Below are positions 9,424 through 17,612 of a stretch of DNA of 40,000 nucleotides, one piece after another. Origin of the DNA: Anaerovorax sp. IOR16. Lineage in GTDB: Bacteria; Bacillota; Clostridia; Peptostreptococcales; Anaerovoracaceae. The position numbers were made by a program, and so were the translations under genes. Below the pieces are notes generated by a model. It worked only from the letters and a program-made list of their open reading frames with translations. It searched no databases and had not been told where the DNA came from. The stretch covers positions 1,080,799 through 1,120,798 of the forward strand of contig NZ_JADQTL010000009.1 in the NCBI RefSeq assembly GCF_017168145.1. The letters run 5' to 3'. Numbering within the stretch: position 1 is the stretch's first letter; each line of letters begins with the position of its first letter.

Positions 9424-10740
9424 TTAATATTTTGCTTTGTCAGCAGGGAAATGAGCCCCTTTGTCCTCTCTGTACTGGATGCAAGCCCTTGAGCTTGCAA
9501 CATCTGACAATGAGAGCAGAGCGGAGCGGAAACCAATGTTGTTGCTCGAGTTCGAACGAAGGTTGTTCAAGTTCAAGGCGAAAACCCCAGCAACAGAACC
9601 GTCGTTCCAGTAGCCACCACGAATCGGAAGCCTTTCTCCGTAGTTACGAACCCAGAAGCCATCTCCTCCACACGAAGCATCTACTGGAGCAATCCCTAAA
9701 GCTTTTAACAACGTCGGTACTGTTACACCGCTCTTAGCAGCTAAAGTCTCAAAATTACAATGGCTGTATCTATAGTATTCGTTAACATCTCCACCAGTGT
9801 AGTTAGGATTATCCCTTACAGTATTTATGATTGGGTCTCCTCCTACATTGTTTCCATCTTTGTCCGCAGTACCAGGAGTTGTATTGTCAATTTTAAGAGT
9901 TGAAGCTGTGCCTGGTGCTGCCAAATTACCATCCTGTAAGACAGCTTTCCACCAAGAGCTTGTATCTCCAAAGTCAGCGTTTGCCATTGCAGCATCATTG
10001 TCCTTTACAATCTGTATTTCACCATTCTTAAGTCTTAGTCCAGCAGTCCACTCCCAGACATTACCGTTCAAGTCGAATATACCTTCATTTGTTCCATCAT
10101 GAGCCCATGCTGCTGAACCTGAACCAGTTGCAACTCTACCAGTATGATGATATTTAGTGCCATCAAATTCATTGGCTCTGTTGTTCCAGTTATAGTCTAG
10201 TAACCAATCGTAAGTTTGAACTCCGACCTCATGTAGTGCACTGTGTTCACCTCCACAATAATTGTTACCCCTTGGCATGTATCCGTTTTTCTTGCACCAT
10301 AAGGCTATTGCAGTCCATTCAGCATTCGTCATAAGATGCCAGCCTGCCCCTTTGTTTTTGCAGTATTGCACCGCTTGGTCAAAGTTCACATAGACTCTAG
10401 GGTCTTTCATTGGAAGTGAGTAAGCTCTATCATTTACAACTATGTTTTGATACTTAGATATCAGGATTTCATCCTTAACAACACCATCCACGATAAAGGC
10501 TGGATGCGTTGTATTAGGAGCACCGTCAATCACATCAGATAAGTTGAATTTTGGTATCCTAACCATTACTGAAGGCATCCCAAGTTCATCAAATAAATAA
10601 CTCTCTAATTCTTGCCCGTTTACATCGTCAATTTCTACTGGTATTAATGAACAATCTTTCATTATATATTTAGTATCATTAATAATTGATTTATAATCTT
10701 TGCTTGTTTTATTCCATTGTTTACTCGTAATTTTAAACAT
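9424..10740 (-). CDS. DGR target protein with C-terminal C-type-lectin/FGE-like fold
   Basis: Contains GWHLMTNAEW, GIFDLNGNVWEWTAG and a C-terminal RGGYWNDGSVAGVFALNLNNLRSNSSNNIGFRSA. It lies directly upstream of the RT on the same strand. AAAGGAGAT SD. Visibly G+C-richer than all neighbours. Confidence 0.85.
   Translation of the reverse strand: MFKITSKQWNKTSKDYKSIINDTKYIMKDCSLIPVEIDDVNGQELESYLFDELGMPSVMVRIPKFNLSDVIDGAPNTTHPAFIVDGVVKDEILISKYQNIVVNDRAYSLPMKDPRVYVNFDQAVQYCKNKGAGWHLMTNAEWTAIALWCKKNGYMPRGNNYCGGEHSALHEVGVQTYDWLLDYNWNNRANEFDGTKYHHTGRVATGSGSAAWAHDGTNEGIFDLNGNVWEWTAGLRLKNGEIQIVKDNDAAMANADFGDTSSWWKAVLQDGNLAAPGTASTLKIDNTTPGTADKDGNNVGGDPIINTVRDNPNYTGGDVNEYYRYSHCNFETLAAKSGVTVPTLLKALGIAPVDASCGGDGFWVRNYGERLPIRGGYWNDGSVAGVFALNLNNLRSNSSNNIGFRSALLSLSDVASSRACIQYREDKGAHFPADKAKY
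9480..9499 (-). promoter_or_regulatory. hairpin about 20 nt 3' of the VR (candidate DGR target-recognition hairpin)
   Basis: On the minus strand TGCAAGC-TCAAGG-GCTTGCA forms a 7-bp perfect stem. It follows a GC-rich run (TCCGCTCCGCTCTGCTCTC) at the VR 3' end. Confidence 0.45.
9520..9621 (-). other. candidate DGR variable region (VR)
   Basis: These 34 codons encode RGGYWNDGSVAGVFALNLNNLRSNSSNNIGFRSA and are rich in AAC codons. They sit at the position where VRs lie in CLec-fold targets. Exact ends cannot be set without the TR. Confidence 0.6.
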
Positions 10741-10753
10741 ATTATTATCTCCT

Positions 10754-11113
10754 TTACACTTTTGTGATGCTTATTCGTTCAAGCTTGCCCTCTTCGATTT
10801 CTGGATTATACGTCAAATGCCAATATTGAATATAACCCCCCCCACTCTGTAGTAAAATTGCCGCATTTTCATCCGTATATTCTTTAGAACATACACCTGA
10901 TTCTCTGAAAGCAATAAATCCCGAATATTGGACACCTTCATCAACGCATTTTAAATATTCATCAATATCATAAATAATATCACCAGCATACGATTCAGTA
11001 ATTTTCGCAGCAAGCCTAATTAGTTTATCAACAATGTTTGAAACGTTTTTACTACAAGATTTAACTGTATAATTGTCATATGTGGAATAACTATAAATTT
11101 TAACTTTTAACAT
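10754..11113 (-). CDS. hypothetical protein
   Basis: ORF track; AAGGAGAT SD. It does not look like a helical, basic Avd. Confidence 0.6.
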   Translation of the reverse strand: MLKVKIYSYSTYDNYTVKSCSKNVSNIVDKLIRLAAKITESYAGDIIYDIDEYLKCVDEGVQYSGFIAFRESGVCSKEYTDENAAILLQSGGGYIQYWHLTYNPEIEEGKLERISITKV

Positions 11114-11125
11114 AATTTCATCTCC

Positions 11126-11575
11126 TTAAATTATATCTGTAATCATTTTTCTTTCATATTCTAAAATCTGTTCATAAGTCAACCATTCAGGCTTTTCATT
11201 ATCAGGAAAACCATTCCATAACTCTTTCATTTTTTGGATTTGTTCTATTTCATTCTTAGCCCACAAGTGATTTGCATATCTGTTTCCGTTGCCTAAATAA
11301 TAATCACAATCCATCTGCAAACGACCTAATAACATATACTCAAACTGATAAGGACTATCAATTACACGCCCATTTATAAACTCAATTTCAATATCTTTGT
11401 CTTTATATATTTGACTTATTGGATATGCAAGTTCGCCATCATATGTGTTTGGAATTACACTATACAAAGATAAACAAGCTTCTTGATGTGGAGTTTCATC
11501 CTTCCAATATCGTCCATTTTCATCTTTATAAGTATGTTTACCCCAGTCATCTTTACCTATATATTCTAATTTCAT
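11126..11575 (-). CDS. hypothetical protein
   Basis: ORF track 11126..11650. The internal ATG (MKLEYIGKDDWG...) follows AAGGAG. The longer form would overlap 11608..11913. Confidence 0.6.
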   Translation of the reverse strand: MKLEYIGKDDWGKHTYKDENGRYWKDETPHQEACLSLYSVIPNTYDGELAYPISQIYKDKDIEIEFINGRVIDSPYQFEYMLLGRLQMDCDYYLGNGNRYANHLWAKNEIEQIQKMKELWNGFPDNEKPEWLTYEQILEYERKMITDII

Positions 11576-11607
11576 ATTATTACTCCTTATGAATTGTTTG
11601 TTTGATG

Positions 11608-11913
11608 TTAATTTAGTATCTCTTCTAATTGCTTGATTAGCTGTTTGCAATTACTAAATCTACAATCTTTACCCATAACATAATTGTCATGCCTATCATC
11701 TTCTCTTTCATAAATTTCGCAAATTACTTCTATATTATCTACTGCAAAAACTTGATATTTGCCCTTATAACCTTTTTTAATAGCTTCTTGCATAATTAGA
11801 TTTAATAATTTTTCCATATCAACTAAATTCTCTCGATTTTCATCCCATAGGTTATCTTGTTTTTGCATTTCTTCAGTATAGGTTAGTTTAATCACAGAAA
11901 CATCCCTCCTCAT
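11608..11913 (-). CDS. hypothetical protein
   Basis: ORF track. Start uncertain: a GTG at 11898 lies behind AGGAGGG. Confidence 0.5.
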   Translation of the reverse strand: MRRDVSVIKLTYTEEMQKQDNLWDENRENLVDMEKLLNLIMQEAIKKGYKGKYQVFAVDNIEVICEIYEREDDRHDNYVMGKDCRFSNCKQLIKQLEEILN

Positions 11914-11930
11914 AAAACTGTTCTTTCATT

Positions 11931-12545
11931 TTAATTGTCATAACAACTCAAATTCCAAGCGTTCCCAAGCTCGTAATATAAACCGTACTTAGATAATAAG
12001 CTGCGGAATTCTCCTTCTATTCTACATCCATATTCACCCAAATAACCGTTTAAAACTTCATAAAAATCACCTTCAAATGACATCGACAAGCAGCCGCCAG
12101 CATAATCAAAATAATCACTTGCTTCTTTATTCTCTTCAATGATAATTTTGTCCTTATCATTGTAGTAATACTTATTTGTTTCTGCATCGTGTGTTGTCAT
12201 TCGTTTGCCATTGAAATAAATACAGACATCTGTCCACATTTCTTTTTCAAGAAGAAGCTGACGAATTTCATAAACAAGTTTCTCGATTTCTTCTTCAGAT
12301 AATCTAAATGATTTTTGTTCCTCTTCTGGAAATGCTGCTGACATAATTTCTTCATAATTACTTTCAAACATTTCACGGGCTTCGCTTATTTTTTCTTGAA
12401 GTAATTCCTCAAATTCACTTTGTAATGTTCTGCCACTTGATGGATTAATATTTTGTGCCATTAAAATCAAGTCACCAAAAGTGATATTATCAAGAACATT
12501 ATCACATACATTAAGGTCGTCACCAAGTTTCCAATTTCTGTCCAT
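11931..12545 (-). CDS. hypothetical acidic protein
   Basis: ORF track; TAGGAGTG SD. Confidence 0.6.
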   Translation of the reverse strand: MDRNWKLGDDLNVCDNVLDNITFGDLILMAQNINPSSGRTLQSEFEELLQEKISEAREMFESNYEEIMSAAFPEEEQKSFRLSEEEIEKLVYEIRQLLLEKEMWTDVCIYFNGKRMTTHDAETNKYYYNDKDKIIIEENKEASDYFDYAGGCLSMSFEGDFYEVLNGYLGEYGCRIEGEFRSLLSKYGLYYELGNAWNLSCYDN

Positions 12546-12557
12546 TATTATACACTC

Positions 12558-13436
12558 CTATTTACACATTTGTTTTCTTATTAATTCATAAGGTTTATGA
12601 GTTTTCCAATTTTCAGAACCGTCATTTGTATATCTATAAGTGTCAATACAATGATTTTCATCATCATATTTTACCTTTACAAATATAATTCCATTGCACA
12701 TTCTTGTGTCTACTGGCAAATCCAATCCATCCCACTCTTCACGAGTAATAAGATACTCTCTTTCTTTATAAAGAAATGCAACTGTTTGATTTTCCCAATT
12801 GCCTTTAAATATTTTTGCTCTATAGGTTTCTAAATAAGCATTTAATTCTTCTTTGCTTACCCATGCATGTCCATCTGCAAAATAAATATAAGGTTCACAC
12901 ATAGATTTTTGTTTTGGAGCATCTGGATTATATGAAATATATTGTTTAACATAATCCTTTGTACTATATTCACCGTAAAGAGAATTAGGTTCTTTATATT
13001 CCCAAACATTAACTAATGCATGGAAATTAAATGCACCATTAGCACAACCGCCGCAATGTCCCCAATCTTTAAATGTCTTTAATCTTTTACCAAACAATTT
13101 TAGATTATTAGGGATATTGCACCACGCCCCACCAGATGTACTACAATAAATATTTCTTTTATCATCTTTCAAACCAATAAATGGAATATAAGGCTGTTCA
13201 CAAATATAGCAACTATCTTCCTCGAATCTATCCAAAGATTCAACATGTGCATTACGGTAATAATCTCCATGCTTATTTGTAAATTCAATAATATCTCCAA
13301 CTTGAATCTGATTATCAGTACGACTTTCCTCGATGATTTTTACATACATATTAGCTTTTTCAATGTCGGATTGAGTAACTCTATGTTGGTAATCATATGA
13401 TAGATTTATTTCTTTTAATGTTTCAATTGTATACAT
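12558..13436 (-). CDS. hypothetical protein
   Basis: ORF track; AAGGAGTG SD; 292 aa. Confidence 0.65.
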   Translation of the reverse strand: MYTIETLKEINLSYDYQHRVTQSDIEKANMYVKIIEESRTDNQIQVGDIIEFTNKHGDYYRNAHVESLDRFEEDSCYICEQPYIPFIGLKDDKRNIYCSTSGGAWCNIPNNLKLFGKRLKTFKDWGHCGGCANGAFNFHALVNVWEYKEPNSLYGEYSTKDYVKQYISYNPDAPKQKSMCEPYIYFADGHAWVSKEELNAYLETYRAKIFKGNWENQTVAFLYKEREYLITREEWDGLDLPVDTRMCNGIIFVKVKYDDENHCIDTYRYTNDGSENWKTHKPYELIRKQMCK

Positions 13437-13576
13437 TTCATCACACTCCTTAATTACTTCTTTGTAAATTCAAAGCATAATTGCTAACTTCCAGCATATT
13501 AACTTCAGAAGCCTTATGCCTTCTCAAATAGGAATACATATTATAATCTAGCTGTCTAAAAATCTTCAAACAACTA

Positions 13577-13849
13577 CTAAGAGACAAATTTCCCATCAAT
13601 TATATTCCTTTCATATTTATTATTATTATGTCTTGTATGTAATCTTTTTCTTTTAGGCTGTTCATCTTCTTCATACACTTCTTCAAGATTTCTCTTTGTA
13701 AATAAAGAATATAGTCCTAATGGAAGAGTGAATAATGCAGCATTTACATTATGTGATTCGGGATTAGTATCTGTTGAAGTTACTGCTAGTATGATAATGA
13801 CTATAGAAATAAATATCAGCCCTAACCCTGCTATCTTTTGTTTAATCAT
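13577..13849 (-). CDS. small membrane protein (two hydrophobic segments, basic tail)
   Basis: ORF track; AAGGAGAA SD; hydrophobic stretches GLGLIFISIVIIILAV and ALFTLPLGLYSLF. Confidence 0.55.
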   Translation of the reverse strand: MIKQKIAGLGLIFISIVIIILAVTSTDTNPESHNVNAALFTLPLGLYSLFTKRNLEEVYEEDEQPKRKRLHTRHNNNKYERNIIDGKFVS

Positions 13850-13946
13850 CTCATTTTCTCCTTATTAAATTTTAAATATTATTTATTATTATGTATTGTG
13901 CTACTAATATAACACAATAATTCGGTGAATGCAAGGTATATTTTCC

Positions 13947-14297
13947 CTATTCTTCCCAAATTCCATTTACATAGAAAGAGATTTGAAGGTTGTCCTCACC
14001 GCCACCTCTTACAATTACTTCGTCTGCAAGATTTACAAGTTCTATAAATTTAGGTTTTGTAATTTCATTTAATTCAAATTCTTCCATGAATGCCTGAACA
14101 AAATGAGATTTTTGAGTGTTATCAGTTGGAATATCTGATACAATATCTGCATCTTCGAATAATTCAAGAGCTAAATCACGCACTTTTGCAAATTGTTCAG
14201 CCTTGTCAGCAATCATATTTTTCCCATTGATTTTAGACTTTTCTAGGCAATCGTCTATCACGGCAATAACTTTTTCAGCAGTTTCTTTTTTAGTCAT
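13947..14297 (-). CDS. hypothetical protein
   Basis: ORF track 13947..14318. The internal ATG (MTKKETAEK...) follows AAAGGAGAG. Confidence 0.55.
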   Translation of the reverse strand: MTKKETAEKVIAVIDDCLEKSKINGKNMIADKAEQFAKVRDLALELFEDADIVSDIPTDNTQKSHFVQAFMEEFELNEITKPKFIELVNLADEVIVRGGGEDNLQISFYVNGIWEE

Positions 14298-14314
14298 AAT
14301 TTCTCTCCTTTTAA

Positions 14315-14752
14315 TCAACCATAAATAACTTCACCAAATAAAGCAAATTGAATAATACAGTCTGCTGTTGTAGCATCCATGTTATCTAAATCACAATCAT
14401 CTGGTCTTTCTTGAATATTTAACGCTATTCCTTTTAATAACTTTTCGAGATTTAACTTTTCATCTTTAAAATTATCCCATTCAGCATCATCAAATGTAAT
14501 TGATTTTCCAGTTAGCAGCAATTCTGTTGCCCATTGTGAAATTGGCATATTTTCAGGCTTTTCATTCCATTCGGTAGTCGTATTATTAAGGCAAGCCCAA
14601 TAACCAATCCCATCTTCTAATGCCGTTATGACAATATTTTCAATATCTGAATAAGTAATTATTTTTTCAATCTGAATAACAAGTGACTTTTTAGATGTAT
14701 CTTTTTTCATATCATAGCCATATTCAGTTTTGTCAAACAAAGTTGTATTCAT
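14315..14752 (-). CDS. hypothetical protein
   Basis: ORF track 14315..14812. The internal ATG (MNTTLFDKTE...) follows AAAGGAA. Confidence 0.55.
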   Translation of the reverse strand: MNTTLFDKTEYGYDMKKDTSKKSLVIQIEKIITYSDIENIVITALEDGIGYWACLNNTTTEWNEKPENMPISQWATELLLTGKSITFDDAEWDNFKDEKLNLEKLLKGIALNIQERPDDCDLDNMDATTADCIIQFALFGEVIYG

Positions 14753-14820
14753 GATTAAAATTCCTTTCTTTAATATCAAATGCTGATTTGATAAGGTGTT
14801 AATCAACAACAATCGTTAAT

Positions 14821-15033
14821 TTATTCTTCGTCATTAGCAAGTATTAAATGTTTATATTGATGATATTTAGAAATCTCTTCTTTGTAGTAGTCTTTGGTAT
14901 ATGCTTCACCTCTTAAAAATCCATCACGAAAACATTCTTCCATTGCTTTTCCAATGTCATTTGGATAATCTTCTAATATAGTTTTGATAGCTTCAGGTTT
15001 TGTCATTTCCCCATATTTTGTTGTTACACTCAT
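14821..15033 (-). CDS. hypothetical protein
   Basis: ORF track; AAAGGAGGAT SD. Confidence 0.55.
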   Translation of the reverse strand: MSVTTKYGEMTKPEAIKTILEDYPNDIGKAMEECFRDGFLRGEAYTKDYYKEEISKYHQYKHLILANDEE

Positions 15034-15045
15034 TTTAATCCTCCT

Positions 15046-15204
15046 TTAAACTCTTTCAAATTGTCCGTCTTTTACCCATCGTGTAAATCCATATTTTGTG
15101 ACTCCATAAAACGGAACTTCATCCTCAATAGCGATTTCTTCAACTGTTACAATTTCGTTATTAACTTTAATTTTATCTCCTACTTTGATATTATTGTCTT
15201 CCAC
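15046..15204 (-). CDS. small hypothetical protein, 52 aa (GTG start)
   Basis: Below the track cutoff. GTG at 15204 lies 7 nt after GGAGG (complement of 15212-15216). Translates (M)EDNNIKVGDKIKVNNEIVTVEEIAIEDEVPFYGVTKYGFTRWVKDGQFERV. Confidence 0.4.
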   Translation of the reverse strand: MEDNNIKVGDKIKVNNEIVTVEEIAIEDEVPFYGVTKYGFTRWVKDGQFERV

Positions 15205-15276
15205 TACAATTCCTCCACTTTATCATATTTTGAGATAATTTCGTCAATATCAGTTTTGTAATTTTTTATTATCTTA

Positions 15277-15384
15277 TCAATTGGTAGATGATTTGTTGTT
15301 TTTTTTCACAACTTTCGAATCTGATTCAAGCATTTCAGAAAATTGTTTCAATTCTTCAATTAAACTTAATAATTCATCATTCAT
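15277..15384 (-). CDS. small hypothetical protein, 35 aa
   Basis: ATG at 15384 is preceded by AAGGTG. Translates MNDELLSLIEELKQFSEMLESDSKVVKKNNKSSTN. Confidence 0.3.
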   Translation of the reverse strand: MNDELLSLIEELKQFSEMLESDSKVVKKNNKSSTN

Positions 15385-15431
15385 TTTTATTCACCTTTAA
15401 CCTTCCACATAAAATAACTCTTTGATTTTAA

Positions 15432-15644
15432 TTATAACCACCCATAGCCATTCCATTTTCTGTATTTTCTATATTGACTATCCCACATTGCCCTTTGTCC
15501 ATCCTCAAGCTCTATTACTTCACCTGATTCTGCACGACCAAATTCATATGCAATGTCAATTACATCTGTAGAGTCGGTTTCGACTGTATAATTATCTCCT
15601 CTTGTGTTGTCGCTTGACATCCAAAATTTAATTTCCTTTTTCAT
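15432..15644 (-). CDS. hypothetical protein
   Basis: ORF track 15432..15668. The internal ATG (MKKEIKFWMSS...) follows AAAGGAGAA. Confidence 0.5.
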   Translation of the reverse strand: MKKEIKFWMSSDNTRGDNYTVETDSTDVIDIAYEFGRAESGEVIELEDGQRAMWDSQYRKYRKWNGYGWL

Positions 15645-15936
15645 TCCAATTCTCCTTTCGATAATCACTTTTAAACCATTATATCATGATTAAAGGACAG
15701 CCACACGCTATTGACTAAATTTTAAAACTTTGTTATTATGTACTCAACCTATAGGATTAAACATCTTATTATCCGCTTAAATGCAGAGAAAATTTGTTTA
15801 ATCTTTTTTATTGTACTTTTACGAATTCTAAACTTAATTGTAATAGTAATTTCAAACATACTATTCACCTCGCTGTTTTAAAGACTGAAGGCGTGTGTAT
15901 GTTGAATGTAGCTGCCCTTGAATAATGACATAAAAA

Positions 15937-16122
15937 TTAGGCTTTTATTTGATTAGATAACAATGTTCTTTCACATTGAAATTTGACATTGTTGGATTTG
16001 CAATAACTAATAGCATCACCAATATTGTTGAATGGATTTACAATATCCATCACAAACTTATTTCGTTCATATAAACAAATGTGAAATAGATTTGTATACA
16101 TAGAATTTTTAATAATAATCAT
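15937..16122 (-). CDS. hypothetical protein, 61 aa
   Basis: The track ORF 15937..16251 appears to be an over-extension. The ATG at 16122 (MIIIKNSMYTN...) lies 8 nt after GGGAGG. Confidence 0.5.
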   Translation of the reverse strand: MIIIKNSMYTNLFHICLYERNKFVMDIVNPFNNIGDAISYCKSNNVKFQCERTLLSNQIKA

Positions 16123-16150
16123 GAATAAAACCTCCCAAATTGACTTCTTA

Positions 16151-16297
16151 TTATGATATAGAAATAACTGTTGTGCCTTTGTTTTTAGCATAACTTTCTG
16201 CAACTGCATAAACATTAACACTTCCAGTAAGCTTTGGAAATAAAACTTCACCGTTAGCTAAAACAACTTTATACTGAACAACTGCTGGACAATTCAT
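16151..16297 (-). CDS. small hypothetical protein, 48 aa
   Basis: ATG at 16297 is preceded by GGAGG. Translates MNCPAVVQYKVVLANGEVLFPKLTGSVNVYAVAESYAKNKGTTVISIS. It occupies the space wrongly covered by the 104-aa track ORF. Confidence 0.45.
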   Translation of the reverse strand: MNCPAVVQYKVVLANGEVLFPKLTGSVNVYAVAESYAKNKGTTVISIS

Positions 16298-16357
16298 AAC
16301 ATAAACCTCCTATAAAATTAACTTTTAAAATCTCTATAGAATGCATATTTCATGCGG

Positions 16358-16699
16358 TCATTTTACAAAGTGATTAATAGATAATTTGATAGGTTCATCA
16401 TAGAAATCAAAATGATTACCTTCTTTAAGTATTCCATCAATGTTTAATTCAAAATAAAACCTTTTATCATTTCCAATACCTGCAAATAAATTATAATAAT
16501 TTGTATCGTTTGGAATTAGAAAATTAATCACAACGGCATTACCCCAGTCAACAGGAATTTCTTGAATAGTTGCTTCTTGTGGAATACTAGCAAGGTTCAT
16601 TAACTTTCTTGCAACGTCAGCTTTGTTCAAACTCCTGCAATCAGTCGATTCCATGTTACAGATTTGTTCAACATACTGCATTATCAATTGTTTATCCAT
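16358..16699 (-). CDS. hypothetical protein
   Basis: ORF track; TGGAGGAT SD. Confidence 0.6.
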   Translation of the reverse strand: MDKQLIMQYVEQICNMESTDCRSLNKADVARKLMNLASIPQEATIQEIPVDWGNAVVINFLIPNDTNYYNLFAGIGNDKRFYFELNIDGILKEGNHFDFYDEPIKLSINHFVK

Positions 16700-16729
16700 A
16701 GTAATCCTCCATATGCACTCAAACAGACT

Positions 16730-16945
16730 TTAAAAATCATCCTCTAAAGTAGTTCCAAAGATACCATCAACGGCATTAACAATTGTGTCAGCAAACCCAA
16801 TTACCCCAAGCCAATTAAAATACCTTTCCAAGACTTCACGCTTGTCCATCTCCATAATTTCTGAATCCATACTTTCATCGTCTGGTTCGATTCCTAAATT
16901 TTGTCTGACATTTTCCATAATGTCTTCGTTATATGTTTCGTCCAT
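16730..16945 (-). CDS. hypothetical acidic protein
   Basis: ORF track 16730..16990. The internal ATG (MDETYNEDIM...) follows AGGAGG. Confidence 0.5.
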   Translation of the reverse strand: MDETYNEDIMENVRQNLGIEPDDESMDSEIMEMDKREVLERYFNWLGVIGFADTIVNAVDGIFGTTLEDDF

Positions 16946-16955
16946 AATAAACCTC

Positions 16956-17402
16956 CTATAAATCATAATGACTAGAAACTGTATAAACATTTCCTTTCAT
17001 TTTTACATATCTAGCAAAACATTGACCAGTACAATCGTACATTGAATTAGTAGGATAATGTTCTGAATAAAGTGGCAAATCATTATTTAATAGCCAATTG
17101 TATTTGAACTTCTTAGTCGTTCCTTTTGGAAACACAATACGCATAATAGTTTCATCATAATCACCATCATAGTCAATACAAATATTCTTGTATCCATTAG
17201 CTTTTCGAATCATTTTTTCAACACAAACGATATCAGACTTTAACAAATCAAATCTTTCCTGCATTCTAGGAGAAAAATCGTCCTTCATATCATCATAAAG
17301 TTCGATATCTTCTAATATTTTTTTACGAATTTTCCCTAAAATAAATATATTTTTCTTGTTTGAACTCGACACTTCACATAAAACACTACGAAGAACTTTC
17401 AT
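16956..17402 (-). CDS. hypothetical protein
   Basis: ORF track; TGGAGGT SD. Confidence 0.6.
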   Translation of the reverse strand: MKVLRSVLCEVSSSNKKNIFILGKIRKKILEDIELYDDMKDDFSPRMQERFDLLKSDIVCVEKMIRKANGYKNICIDYDGDYDETIMRIVFPKGTTKKFKYNWLLNNDLPLYSEHYPTNSMYDCTGQCFARYVKMKGNVYTVSSHYDL

Positions 17403-17612
17403 GATAGACCTCCATTAATGACGATTATTTAATTCAGAAATAGCTTCACTTAATGCCAATTTTCTTTGAGTTTCCAATTCTGACTCTGAACATTCAATTT
17501 TTAAATTCTCAATCCAAGCATCAAGTTCTTCAATACTCATTTCTTTTAAATCCATAACAATCCTCCCAAATATTAGGTTAAAATCAACTCAATTATAACC
17601 TAAAAAGGTGAC

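Noticed and set aside
9432-10102. Plus-strand ORFs 9432..9737 (101 aa) and 9827..10102 (91 aa)
   Set aside because: They are antisense to the well-supported DGR target gene. They have low-complexity Ser/Pro/Cys-rich translations and no SD. They are explained by the local G+C richness removing stop codons.
10150-10200. Internal segment encoding DYNWNNRANEF as a possible template repeat for the VR
   Set aside because: It shares the CTGGAAC core (the conserved Trp-Asn codons). When aligned to the VR, however, many mismatches fall at non-adenine positions and similarity vanishes after about 25 nt.
15937-16251. 104-aa track ORF
   Set aside because: Its N-terminal two thirds has an implausible composition. 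It overlaps a better small ORF (16151..16297) in another frame, and the ATG at 16122 has a strong GGGAGG.
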